From Candidatus Eiseniibacteriota bacterium (GTDB lineage Bacteria; Eisenbacteria; RBG-16-71-46), in contig CAVQXP010000004.1 of NCBI GenBank assembly GCA_963717935.1, positions 128,001-192,000 on the forward strand: a DNA stretch of 64,000 nt. Direction: 5' to 3'. Of the stretch, positions 1-9,174 are shown piece by piece. Under the pieces are notes generated by a model. The model had not been told where the DNA came from. It saw only the letters and a program-made list of their open reading frames with translations, and made no database searches. The first letter of the stretch is position 1. Each line of letters starts with the position of its first letter. Both the position numbers and the translations under genes were made by a program.

Positions 1-505
1 CTGCCGGTGGCGGTGCAGAGGCCCACGCCATTGGCCGTCCACTGGACCGTGCCGGCGGCCGAGATCCGCTGGGCGTAGATGTCCCCGTTGCCACTGCGCT
101 GGTCCTGCCAGGCGACGATGGCCCCGGCCGCGCCGTCCGACGCGATGGTGGGGCCCTCCTGCTCGCCGGTGGCGGTGCAGAGGGCCACGCCGTTGGCCGT
201 CCACAGGGGCGTACCGTCGGCCGAGATCCGCTGGGCGTAGATGTCCCCGTTGCCGCTGCGCTCGTCGTGCCAGGTGACGATGGCCCCGCCCGCGCCGTCC
301 GACGTGATGGTGGGGCCCTCCTGCTCGCCGGTGGCGGTGCAGAGGGCCACGCCGTCGGCCGTCCACTGGACCGTGCCGTCGACCGAGATCCGCTGGGCGT
401 AGATGTCCTGGTTGCCACTGCGCTCGTCGTGCCAGGTGACGATGGCCCCGCCCGCGCCGTCCGAGACGCTGGTGGGGTAGCACTGGTCACCGGTGGCGGT
501 GCAGA
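1..505 (-). repeat. 162-nt intragenic tandem repeat, about 3 copies visible
   Basis: ccgagatccgctgggcgtagatgtcc recurs at ~59, ~221 and ~383 (period 162). Confidence 0.9.
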
Positions 506-617
506 GCGAAACGTTCACGAGGGAGTCGGCTGGCCAGGCCGCAGCGGCGGAGCGCGGCAGCAAGAGCGCCAAACCGAGCAGCCCCGCACAGACGAAGAAC
601 GAGCCGGACTTGTGCAT
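1..617 (-). CDS. Secreted repeat protein (likely beta-propeller), truncated at window edge
   Basis: Not in the ORF track; manual translation from ATG at 617 gives MHKSGSFFVCAGLLGLALLLPRSAAAAWP (signal peptide) followed by 54-aa repeats SDGAGGAIVTWHDERSGNxDIYAQRISxDGTxxWTAxGVALCTATGEQ; no stop before position 1. Confidence 0.85.
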   Translation of the reverse strand, partial: MHKSGSFFVCAGLLGLALLLPRSAAAAWPADSLVNVSLCTATGDQCYPTSVSDGAGGAIVTWHDERSGNQDIYAQRISVDGTVQWTADGVALCTATGEQEGPTITSDGAGGAIVTWHDERSGNGDIYAQRISADGTPLWTANGVALCTATGEQEGPTIASDGAAGAIVAWQDQRSGNGDIYAQRISAAGTVQWTANGVGLCTATG

Positions 618-872
618 GACGGCCTCCGGGGTCAGGGGGCCTCCGTGGGGACCGCATTGTAGCCCAGAGGCCGGCCGCGTGGCTCCACTATTCCACCCGC
701 CCCGCCCCGCCCGGTGCACGGTCTCGCTCGAGCGCACGACGTCGTGCACGGCCGGCACCACGCGCGGGAGATCGACGCCACCGCCCGGGAAGGTGAGGGT
801 GAGCGCGACGGGGTCGCGCGGCCGCGTCCGGCGCGGAGGCCGGGGTCCCGTCGGGGACGGTGTCGCCCCGGG

Positions 873-1739
873 CTAGGCCTCCGCGGGTGGGGCCTCCTCC
901 GGCACCGGGAGCTGCCCCATGCGGTGCAGGATGACGCTCGGGCAGACGTCGACGCAGATCTCCTCGCAGGACGGGCCCCAGGCCACGCACATCTCGTGGT
1001 CCACGACGATGGTCTGGCCGTCCCAGGTGATGGCCCCCGCGGGGCACTTCGCCACGCACCGGCGGCACAGCGTGCAGCCCACCATGCAGGCGGCGCGCAC
1101 CACGCTGCGTTTGTCCACCGCGACGCACGACAGCTCGACGCGATGGTTGCGCGGGACGAAGCTCCACAGGTCCTTGGGGCACGCGGTCACGCAGACGCCG
1201 CAACCGGTGCACTTCGCGTGGTCCACCTCGGGGATCCCGCCCGCGGTCATCGCGAGCGCCCCGAAGGGGCACGCGGTCACGCAGTCGCCCAGCCCCAGGC
1301 AGCCGTTCTTGCAGGCCTTGGGTCCGCCGAAGACGAACGAGGCCGCCGCGCAGGTGCGGATCCCGGAGTAGCGCGCCTCGTCGGGCGCGAAGGCCGAGGT
1401 GCCATGGCAGCGCAGCACCACGACGCGGTCCACGACCGAGCCGAGCTGCTTGCCGGTGAGTTCGGCCACCGCGCCCGCGACCACCGCTCGGCCGGGGATG
1501 CAGAGGTTGGGCGATACCTCGCCGCGCTCCACCACCGCCTCGGCGTAGGCCTGGCAGCCAGCGAAACCGCAGGCGCCGCAGTTGGCCGCGGGCAGCCGGT
1601 CGCGCACGCGCTCGACCACCGGGTTCACCGGCACCTGGAACCTGGCCGCGGCCGCGGCCAGCGCGAAGCCGAACACCAGGCCGAGCAGGGTGAAGACGGC
1701 GAGCCCCCACACCACGATGCCGAGCGCCGAGGATTCCAT
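873..1739 (-). CDS. rnfB: Rnf electron transport complex subunit B (polyferredoxin)
   Basis: N-terminal TM helix, LPAANCGACGFAGC Fe-S motif, several CxxCxxCxxxCP motifs; start taken at MESSALG; last gene of the rnf operon. Confidence 0.93.
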   Translation of the reverse strand: MESSALGIVVWGLAVFTLLGLVFGFALAAAAARFQVPVNPVVERVRDRLPAANCGACGFAGCQAYAEAVVERGEVSPNLCIPGRAVVAGAVAELTGKQLGSVVDRVVVLRCHGTSAFAPDEARYSGIRTCAAASFVFGGPKACKNGCLGLGDCVTACPFGALAMTAGGIPEVDHAKCTGCGVCVTACPKDLWSFVPRNHRVELSCVAVDKRSVVRAACMVGCTLCRRCVAKCPAGAITWDGQTIVVDHEMCVAWGPSCEEICVDVCPSVILHRMGQLPVPEEAPPAEA

Positions 1740-1747
1740 CGCCGTTC

Positions 1748-2668
1748 CTACCGGAAGAAATCCAGGCCCGAGAAGCCCATGAACGCCAGCGCGAACAGGC
1801 CGGCGAGCGCGAAGGCGATGGGCAGGCCCTGGAAGGGCCGCGGCACGCGCGCGTACTCCAGGCGCTCGCGAGCGCAGGACATCAGGAACAGCGCGAGCGC
1901 GAAGCCCGCGCCCGAGCCGATGGCCAGCGCCAGCGCGTCGAGCGGCCCGGCGGAGGCCTGCGCGTTGAGCAGCGGCACGGCCAGGATGATGCAGTTGGTG
2001 GTGATGAGCATCAGGTAGATGCCCCACTTGCGGTGCAGCACCGGGTGGGTCTTGCGCAGCATGGTGTCGAGGAACTGCACCACGAAGGCCACCACGCCGA
2101 TGAACACGAGGATCTGGAAGAAGCCGAGCTGCAGCGGGCGCAGCACGAAGGTGTCGAGCGCCCACGACGCCATGGCGGTGAAGATCATCACCAGGGTGAA
2201 GGTGATGCCCATGCCGATGGCGGTGTCGCGCTTCTTCGAGACCCCGAAGAAGATGCAGAGCCCGAGGTAGCGGGTGAAGACGAAGTTGTTGATGAGCGCG
2301 GCCGCCAGCATCACGGTCAGGAGCAGCGCCCAGGTCGCGGGCCCCACGTCGCGCGCGAGCGGCGGGTCGGCCAGCTCGAGCCGGTAGTGCTCGGCGGGCA
2401 TGAGCCGCTGCTCGAAGGTCAGGACCACGCGGGCCCCGCCCGCCAGCCTGACCCGCGCGACCGGGATGGGGATGTCGGGCGCCTGCGCGTGGGTCAGGCG
2501 GAAGTTCTCGGCGTCGGCGCGCGGCAGCGGCGCCGTGAAGCGCAGCCGCAGCTCGTTGGGCGCGACCACGCGCGCGCTCAGCACGCGGACCTCCGTGGCG
2601 CGGGCCTGGCCCGCCGCCAGCAGCAGCGTGGCGAGCAGCGCCGCCAGCGGCGCCCGCGCCCTAGACAC
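1748..2668 (-). CDS. rnfA: Rnf subunit A with N-terminal signal peptide and extracytoplasmic extension
   Basis: C-terminal ~190 aa carry RnfA motifs (INNFVFTRYLGLC, LITTNC, QGLPIAF); GTG start overlaps the end of rnfE. Confidence 0.9.
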   Translation of the reverse strand: MSRARAPLAALLATLLLAAGQARATEVRVLSARVVAPNELRLRFTAPLPRADAENFRLTHAQAPDIPIPVARVRLAGGARVVLTFEQRLMPAEHYRLELADPPLARDVGPATWALLLTVMLAAALINNFVFTRYLGLCIFFGVSKKRDTAIGMGITFTLVMIFTAMASWALDTFVLRPLQLGFFQILVFIGVVAFVVQFLDTMLRKTHPVLHRKWGIYLMLITTNCIILAVPLLNAQASAGPLDALALAIGSGAGFALALFLMSCARERLEYARVPRPFQGLPIAFALAGLFALAFMGFSGLDFFR

Positions 2669-3323
2669 CGTGGCCTCCCGCCGGTCGCGCCGGACCGGCC
2701 TTGCCGCCCTGCGTGCGGCGCTCGACCCAGTTGAAGAGCGCCATCAGCAGCGCGATCGAGAAGAAGCCGCCCGCCGGCAGGGCGAAGAAGAGCAGCGGCT
2801 TGCCGGGCGCGAGCGGGATGCCGGCGAACGAGCCGCTGCCGAGCAACTCGCGGAAGGCGCCGATGGTGAGCAGCGCGAGCAGGAAGCCGAGCCCCATCCC
2901 GAGCCCGTCGAAGAAGGTCGGCGCGAGCGGCTGGCGCGAGGCGAACACCTCGAGCCGCGAGATGATGATGGCGAACGCCACGATGAGCTTCACGTAGAGT
3001 CCGACCTGCGCGTAGAGCGCGGGCCAGAAGGCCGCCAGCGACATGTCGATGGCGCTCACCCACACGGCGATGATGATGGTGTAGACCGGGATCCGCACGC
3101 GCGGGTGGATGAGGCGCTTCGCCAGCGTCACCGTGACGCTCGAGAGCACCTGGACGCACAGCACCGCCACGCCCAGCAGCAGGCCGTTCAGCACCGTGGT
3201 GGTCACCGCCACCGCGGGGCACAGGCTCAGCGCCAGCCGGAACACGGGGTTCTCGGCAAAGATGCCGTTCAGGATCAGCTGCCGCGCGCTCGGCGCGGGC
3301 CCGGGATGGAGCACGGTGCTCAC
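2661..3323 (-). CDS. rnfE: Rnf subunit E
   Basis: ENPVFRLALSLCPAVAVTT, VRIPVY, LPAGGF; GTG start overlapping the rnfG stop (GTGA). Confidence 0.92.
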   Translation of the reverse strand: MSTVLHPGPAPSARQLILNGIFAENPVFRLALSLCPAVAVTTTVLNGLLLGVAVLCVQVLSSVTVTLAKRLIHPRVRIPVYTIIIAVWVSAIDMSLAAFWPALYAQVGLYVKLIVAFAIIISRLEVFASRQPLAPTFFDGLGMGLGFLLALLTIGAFRELLGSGSFAGIPLAPGKPLLFFALPAGGFFSIALLMALFNWVERRTQGGKAGPARPAGGHGV

Positions 3324-4180
3324 AGCGCGCCCTCCAGGTGCGGCGCCAGCAGCCACCAGCGCCGGCGGAAGTGATCCACCGTCTTGCGCACGCCCTCGGT
3401 CACCGCGCGGCTCGAGATGGTCGCGCCGGTCACCGCGTAGATGGGCCTGTGGCGCTCGCGCTCGAGCAGGGCGCGGTGCCGCGCCGGGCCATCCGGGGCG
3501 CGCCTGGCGAAGGCCACGAGCGCCGCCTTCCAGTCCTCGGGCATCGGGTCCCTGGTCACGTCGAGCTTCGCGATCTCCTCGGCGGTGCGGCCGACGTACT
3601 GCTCGCGGAACCAGGGCTGCGCCACCTCGGCGCCGAGCCCGGGGTCGTCGGTCGTCTCGATGATCCGCATGTCCACGATCTCGAAGTCGGGCTCCATCGC
3701 CACGAAAAGACGGATCGGAGCCTTGTAGCCGCGCGTCTCGCCCTGCACCACGAAGCCCGCGGGCCGGCCGGCCCGGGTCGCCACGAACATGCGGCCGAGC
3801 GGCATCCACTCCTTGCCGACCGGGACCGCGACCGGCACGTCGCGCTCCCTCGCCAGCGCCCCGTCGAGCGTGAAGGTCACCTCGTGCGCCGTCCCGGCCG
3901 TGGCTCCCAGGACCGCCGCGCGGTAGACGACCTGGCGCGTGCCGGGCACCAGGTACTGGCGCACCTCGAGCAGGCGCGCGTCCGCGTCCAGGCCCAGCAT
4001 CTCGTGGATGGCGCTGCGCTCCCTGGCCTCGGCGGAGGCGCGCCGGTAGCGGTCGGTGCCGAGGTAGACGAGGCCCAGCACGGCCGCGCCCACCAGGCAC
4101 GCCAGGCTCATCGAGAGCACGATGCGGGTGAGTTCGCGCGCGGTGAGCTTCGGCTTCGGCTGGATCACGTTCAGGCTCAC
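3320..4180 (-). CDS. rnfG: Rnf subunit G (FMN-binding)
   Basis: Single TM helix, GYKAPI, DDPGLG, flavinylation motif VTGATISS; GTG start overlaps the rnfD stop. Confidence 0.88.
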   Translation of the reverse strand: MSLNVIQPKPKLTARELTRIVLSMSLACLVGAAVLGLVYLGTDRYRRASAEARERSAIHEMLGLDADARLLEVRQYLVPGTRQVVYRAAVLGATAGTAHEVTFTLDGALARERDVPVAVPVGKEWMPLGRMFVATRAGRPAGFVVQGETRGYKAPIRLFVAMEPDFEIVDMRIIETTDDPGLGAEVAQPWFREQYVGRTAEEIAKLDVTRDPMPEDWKAALVAFARRAPDGPARHRALLERERHRPIYAVTGATISSRAVTEGVRKTVDHFRRRWWLLAPHLEGAL

Positions 4181-5163
4181 GATGGCGCCCCCGTGGTCTG
4201 CACGCGGCGCGGGCGGAACCACATGTCGAGCGCCGGCACCAGGGCATTGGCCATGAGGATGGCGAAGCAGATGCCCTCGGGGTAGCCGCCCCAGAGGCGG
4301 ATCAGTCCCGTCAGGAGCCCGATCAGCACGCCGAAGACGAACTGCCCCGGGCGCGTGACGGGCGAGGTGACGTAGTCGGTCGCCATGAAGAACGCGGCGA
4401 GCCAGACGCCGCCCGAGAGCAGGTGCAGCCAGGCCGCGCCGCTGAACGAAGTCATGATCGCCAGGCCGGCGAAGACGCCGAGCGGCGCGTACAGCCGGAT
4501 GATGCCGCGCGCCAGCAGCACGAGGGCGCCCAGCAGGATGAGGACCACCGAGACCTCGCCGATCGAGCCCGGCCGCAGGCCGATGAGCAACCGGAACCAG
4601 CCCTCGGGCCCGCCGATCAGGTGCAGCGCGGCCTGCAGGTCGTGCTCGCGCATGACGCCGAGCGGCGTGGCCGTGGTGATGGCCTCGAGCCGCGAGTACC
4701 AGGCGCGCGGGACGGACCAGCCGATCGTCATGGCCACCGGGAAGGAGGCCATCATGAACGCGCGGCCGATCATGGCCGGGTTGAAGAGGTTGTAGCCCAG
4801 CCCGCCGAAGACCATCTTGCCGAGCAGGATGGCGAACACGCCGCCGATGAGCGCCGCCCACCAGGGCACGAGCGGCGGCAGCGTGAGCGCGAGCAGGAGC
4901 CCGGTGCATACGGCGCTGCCGTCCTTCACCGTGAGGCGCTGCTTCATGAGCCGGTTGGCGAGCGCCTCGGAGCCCACCGCGCCGGCGACCGCGCCCAGGA
5001 TGACCTCGAGCGCGGGGGGACCGAACACCCAGACTCCCCAGGCCGCGGTCGGCACCAGCGCGGCATTCACCCACCACATGATGCTGGCCGTGCTCTCCGA
5101 GGTCCGCAGGTGCGGTCCCGGGGTCACGACGAAGGGCGGCCGCGGGGCGGGTTCCTCGCTCAT
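4177..5163 (-). CDS. rnfD: Rnf subunit D
   Basis: GPHLR, DGSAVCTGLLLAL, FGGLGYNLFNPA, FMN site TTATPL, FFMATDYVTSP. Confidence 0.95.
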   Translation of the reverse strand: MSEEPAPRPPFVVTPGPHLRTSESTASIMWWVNAALVPTAAWGVWVFGPPALEVILGAVAGAVGSEALANRLMKQRLTVKDGSAVCTGLLLALTLPPLVPWWAALIGGVFAILLGKMVFGGLGYNLFNPAMIGRAFMMASFPVAMTIGWSVPRAWYSRLEAITTATPLGVMREHDLQAALHLIGGPEGWFRLLIGLRPGSIGEVSVVLILLGALVLLARGIIRLYAPLGVFAGLAIMTSFSGAAWLHLLSGGVWLAAFFMATDYVTSPVTRPGQFVFGVLIGLLTGLIRLWGGYPEGICFAILMANALVPALDMWFRPRRVQTTGAPS

Positions 5164-6545
5164 CGCGTCACCGCCGCAAGGTTCTCGCGCTGTTTGCGCA
5201 GCGCGCTCTTCGCGACCTGCAGGAACTGCACGAGCGGGCGCTGCGAGGGGCAGACGTAGGCGCAGGCGCCACACTCGTAGCACTCCACCGCGCCGAATTC
5301 CGCGCTCTCGGTGGCGCGCCCGGCCTCGACCCGGATCGAGACCTGGTTGGGCTCGAGCCCCAGCGGGCAGGCGTCGAGGCAGCGCCCGCACTGGATGCAC
5401 GGTCCGTAGCCCTCCTCGAACGGGCCGCGGCCGGTCAGCAGCACCAGGCCGTTCATGCCCTTGACGAGCGGCACGTCGAGGCGCGGCAGCGAGCGGCCCA
5501 TCATCGGTCCGCCCGAGACCACGCGCGTCGCCCCCCCGGTCAGCCCTCCGCAGAAGCGCACCAGGTCGGCGAGCAGCGTCCCGATCGGGGCGCGCACGTT
5601 GCGCGGCTGCACCACGCCGGGGCCGGTCACGGTCACGACGCGGTCGAGCAGCGGCCGGCGGTAGCGCACGGCATCGTGCACCGCGGCCGCGGTCGCCACG
5701 TTCTGCACCACGACGTGCACCGCGTAGGGCAGCGCCCGCGGAGGGATCACCCGGCCGGTGAGCGCGGTGACCAATTGCTTCTCGGCGCCCTGCGGGTAGC
5801 GCGCCGGCACCACCCGGACCCGGAGGTCCAGGCCGTCCGCCGCGACCTCCTTCGCCGCCGCCTCGAGCGCGGCCGCCGCGTCGCGCTTGTCCGATTCCAC
5901 GCCGAACAGGACGCGCTGGACCCCAACGACGCGCGCCAGCAACCGCGCGCCCTCCACGATGGCGCGCGGCTCGGCCAGCATCAGGCGATAGTCCGAGGTC
6001 AGGTACGGTTCGCACTCGGCGCCGTTGATGATGAGCGTGTCCACCGTCACGCCCGGCGGCAGCCTGAGTTTGCGGTAGGTCGGGAACGCTGCGCCGCCCA
6101 GGCCCACGATGCCGGCCTCGCGGATGCGCGCCAGCAGTTCCTCGCGCTCGAGCGCGCGCCAGGCCGGGTCCTCGGGGAACTCGAGGTCAGTGGCCTCCGT
6201 CGCGGTCAAGCGCGTCAGCACGATGGCCTGCGCCTGCACCAACGTGGGATGCGCCTGCTTGTCGATGGACTTGACCTTGCCGTTGATGGTCGCGTGCAGG
6301 GGCACGCCGCTGCCCGCGGCCTCGGCGATCTTCTGCCCGCGCCGCACCACGTCGCCCTTCTTCACCACCGGCACCGCCGGGTCGCCCAGGTGCTGCACGA
6401 GCGGCAGCACGACCTCCGCGGGCGGCGGCAGGTCTTCGATGGGGCGGCCCGCGGTGGCTTCCTTGCGCGGGCCGGGATGGCTCGGGCCCCGGCCGAGCGT
6501 CAGCAGATCGAATAGCCGCGCGCCGTGGGTTTCCAGATGGGTCAT
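5160..6545 (-). CDS. rnfC: Rnf subunit C
   Basis: AGIVGLGGAAFPT, INGAECEPYLTSD, YPQGAEKQL, GGPMMG, two CxxCxxCxxxCP motifs. Confidence 0.96.
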   Translation of the reverse strand: MTHLETHGARLFDLLTLGRGPSHPGPRKEATAGRPIEDLPPPAEVVLPLVQHLGDPAVPVVKKGDVVRRGQKIAEAAGSGVPLHATINGKVKSIDKQAHPTLVQAQAIVLTRLTATEATDLEFPEDPAWRALEREELLARIREAGIVGLGGAAFPTYRKLRLPPGVTVDTLIINGAECEPYLTSDYRLMLAEPRAIVEGARLLARVVGVQRVLFGVESDKRDAAAALEAAAKEVAADGLDLRVRVVPARYPQGAEKQLVTALTGRVIPPRALPYAVHVVVQNVATAAAVHDAVRYRRPLLDRVVTVTGPGVVQPRNVRAPIGTLLADLVRFCGGLTGGATRVVSGGPMMGRSLPRLDVPLVKGMNGLVLLTGRGPFEEGYGPCIQCGRCLDACPLGLEPNQVSIRVEAGRATESAEFGAVECYECGACAYVCPSQRPLVQFLQVAKSALRKQRENLAAVTR

Positions 6546-6554
6546 GGCCCGGGC

Positions 6555-7574
6555 CTACAGGAACAGGGCGTCGAGGGCGCCGGGCCAGTCGCGGAAGCGG
6601 CTCGGACCGAGCAGGAACGCGGCCGTCGACATCTGGTCGGACTCCACCCCCGTGCGCGCCAGAACGCTCGCGCTGACGTGGCCCTCCGAAGGAACGCCGC
6701 GCTTCGCGTCGAGGATGTGGCCGAGGTGGTGACCCGCGATCGAGCGGTGGCGCTCGTTGTTGGCGCTGGTCGCCACCGCGGCGTCGCGCAAGGTGAAGAT
6801 GCGCTCGGTGCGGCCGGTGCGCGGGTGGAACAGCGCGACCGACCAGCCGTCGGCGCCGTCCTCGGGGACACCCAGGCCGTAGACGTTGCCGCCGGCGTCC
6901 ACCAGGCCCGACGTGACGCCCTCGGCCCGCAGCGCGGCCACCGCGCGGTCGACGGCCCAGCCCTTGCCGATCGAGCCGAGGTCGAGACCCATGCCGCGCC
7001 GGGCCAGGGAGACCGTGCCCGCACCGCGATCCACCCGCACGTCCTCGAAGGCCACCGCGGCCAGCGCGCGGTCCACCTCGGCGGTCGTGGGCAGGCTCGC
7101 GCGCCCGGGGCCGTAGAACCCGTAGAGTGTCATGAGTGGCAGCACGGTCGGATCGTAGAGACCGCCCGAACGGTGCGCGGATGCGCAGGCCTGCTCCACC
7201 ACGTCGAGCAGCGCCGGCGAGACGCGCACCGGCCCGAGGCCCGCGGCGCGGTTCAGGCGCGACAACCCGCTGTCCGCGCGGTGCACGCTCATCTGCCCGT
7301 CCACTTCGCGCATCGCGGCGAACGCGCGCTCGACCGCACGCGTCGCGCGGTCGCGGTCGGGATGGCGCGCGACGACCCGCACCCAGGTGCCGAGGAGCGG
7401 ACGGCCCGCCTCGATGCTCGCGGACGGCGACCGCTGCGCACGGCGCAGTACGGGGGCCAGGACTCCGGCGCCCGCGAGCAGGCCGAGGCCGGCAAGGAAG
7501 TGGCGACGGGTGAAGGCTCTCGCCCGGGAGGGCGGGCCGGCGGACGGAAACGGCGAAGACTGGGAGTGCGCCAT
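6555..7574 (-). CDS. apbE: FAD:protein FMN transferase (ApbE family), Tat-type signal
   Basis: TRRHFL twin-arginine signal, LDLGSIGKGWAVD, VDAGGN, VATS, HILD; start uncertain (7574 or 7658). Confidence 0.9.
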   Translation of the reverse strand: MAHSQSSPFPSAGPPSRARAFTRRHFLAGLGLLAGAGVLAPVLRRAQRSPSASIEAGRPLLGTWVRVVARHPDRDRATRAVERAFAAMREVDGQMSVHRADSGLSRLNRAAGLGPVRVSPALLDVVEQACASAHRSGGLYDPTVLPLMTLYGFYGPGRASLPTTAEVDRALAAVAFEDVRVDRGAGTVSLARRGMGLDLGSIGKGWAVDRAVAALRAEGVTSGLVDAGGNVYGLGVPEDGADGWSVALFHPRTGRTERIFTLRDAAVATSANNERHRSIAGHHLGHILDAKRGVPSEGHVSASVLARTGVESDQMSTAAFLLGPSRFRDWPGALDALFL

Positions 7575-7654
7575 GGGGCTACGACTCCTCGGCCTGGCGA
7601 TGCAGGTCTTCCCCGGCGGCCCCGGGCGGGAAGGCGGGCTGCCCTTCCCGACTA

Positions 7655-7667
7655 GCATGATTCATGC
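7655..7667. promoter_or_regulatory. Palindrome GCATGA-T-TCATGC, candidate operator between divergent apbE-rnf and ferredoxin
   Basis: Perfect 6-bp inverted arms in a locally AT-richer divergent intergenic region. Confidence 0.35.
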
Positions 7668-7757
7668 AGGGTAGCATAGGTTCGGTGAAGTCCTGCCCGG
7701 CGCCTGCCGCCGGGCCCAGCGAGGCCGTACCCCGCCAACTCCAGAAGGAGCGCCAAA

Positions 7758-7967
7758 TTGGGCAAGGTTCCCGAGTTCTACGTGGACGCCGATCTGTGCA
7801 CCGAGTGCGGCGACTGCATCACGGCCATCCCGGAGGCCTTCCGGAAGGTCGCAGATGAAGAACTGGCAGAGGTTTACAACACCGACCTGGACGAGAGCTT
7901 CCTGCCAAAAGTGGAGAAGATTATGGCAGATTGTCCGGCCGCCGCCATCCTCTGGAAGAAGAAGTAG
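7758..7967 (+). CDS. Single-cluster ferredoxin
   Basis: VDADLCTECGDC...ADCPAAAI; AGAAGGAG RBS before the TTG start; acidic, 69 aa. Confidence 0.9.
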   Translation: MGKVPEFYVDADLCTECGDCITAIPEAFRKVADEELAEVYNTDLDESFLPKVEKIMADCPAAAILWKKK

Positions 7968-7997
7968 AGGACGTCCGCAGTCGGCGGGCCGCACCGC

Positions 7998-8026
7998 GGG
8001 GCCGGGCGCTGAGTCCGGCCCCTTCT
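7998..8026 (+). terminator. Probable hairpin terminator after ferredoxin
   Basis: ggggccgg...ccggcccc followed by ttct, between convergent genes. Confidence 0.45.
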
Positions 8027-8173
8027 GCTTGGGCGGTTGGCGGGCGGCCCCGATTCACGGACCGCGACCCGGAATGAAACGGCGGGCGGCCCCGCCGCCC
8101 GCCATCCCTCCGCCGTGCCCCATCCTGCCCGGACTCACCTGCCGGGCGGCGCTGCCACCCCTCCGCCCGGGTT

Positions 8174-9166
8174 CTACGCCTTCCACTCCTGCAGGATCTG
8201 GATGTAGTTCGCGCGCTCGTAGGCCGTCGGGTTCGGCGACTTCATGAGGTTCATGCTGCCCCGCATCTGGTCGAGCGACTCGTACTCGTGCGCCTCGAGC
8301 CACGCCGACAGCTCGTCCCGCAGTTGCCGCAGATGCGCCGGCCCCTTCTGGAGCAGGGCCGACACGACCTGGACCGCGTGCGCGCCGGCCATCACCGCCT
8401 TCACGACGTCCGTCACCGTGTGCACGCCCCCGGACACCGCCAGCGCCGGACGCACCCGTCCGGAGAGGATCGCCAGCCACCGCAGGCGCAGGTTCAGCTC
8501 CGCCGAGGTCGAGAGCTGGAGCGTGCGCCTGGCCTCGAGCTGCTCCACGTCGATGTCCGGCTGGTAGAAGCGGTTGAACAGCACGAGGCCGTCCGCCCCG
8601 GCGGCTTCCAGACGGCGTGCGAAGTGGGGCGGCGACGAGTAGAACGGCCCCAGCTTCACGGCCACCGGGATCGTGATGCTCTTCTTGATCTCCTTCACCA
8701 TCTCGACCGCCGTGCCCTCGACCTGCTCCCCGGTCACGGCGGGATCGGTCGGCAGGTGGTAGACGTTCAGCTCGAGCGCGTCGGCCCCCGCCTGCTGGAT
8801 CTGCCGGGCGTAGGACAGCCAGCCGCCCCGGGTGACGCCGTTCAGCGAGGCGATCACCGGGATCTTCACCGCGGCCTTGACCTTGGCGATCAGCGCGAGG
8901 TAGTCGTCGGGACCGAGCCGGTAGCCCTCGGGCCGCGGGAAATAGGACGTCGCCTCGGCGGAGGAGTCGGCGTGGGCGTCCACGTGGTCGAGGGCCGCGG
9001 CCTGCTCCATCGCGATCTGCTCCTCGAAGAGCGAGTGCATCACGATCGCCGCGGCGCCGGCGTCCTCGAGGCGGCGGACCTTGTCGAGGTCGGTGGCCAG
9101 CGGCGAGGAGCCGGGCATGAGCGGGTGCGCCAACTTGAGTCCGAGGTACGTCGTCGAGAGATTCAT
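8174..9166 (-). CDS. Dihydroorotate dehydrogenase-like flavoprotein (PFOR-associated type)
   Basis: LSTTYLGLKL, SLFEEQI, PVIASLNG, ADALELN, PVAVKL, LVLFNRFYQPDID, SGGVH; 8 nt downstream of nifJ. Confidence 0.9.
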   Translation of the reverse strand: MNLSTTYLGLKLAHPLMPGSSPLATDLDKVRRLEDAGAAAIVMHSLFEEQIAMEQAAALDHVDAHADSSAEATSYFPRPEGYRLGPDDYLALIAKVKAAVKIPVIASLNGVTRGGWLSYARQIQQAGADALELNVYHLPTDPAVTGEQVEGTAVEMVKEIKKSITIPVAVKLGPFYSSPPHFARRLEAAGADGLVLFNRFYQPDIDVEQLEARRTLQLSTSAELNLRLRWLAILSGRVRPALAVSGGVHTVTDVVKAVMAGAHAVQVVSALLQKGPAHLRQLRDELSAWLEAHEYESLDQMRGSMNLMKSPNPTAYERANYIQILQEWKA

Positions 9167-9174
9167 CGCCCCCC

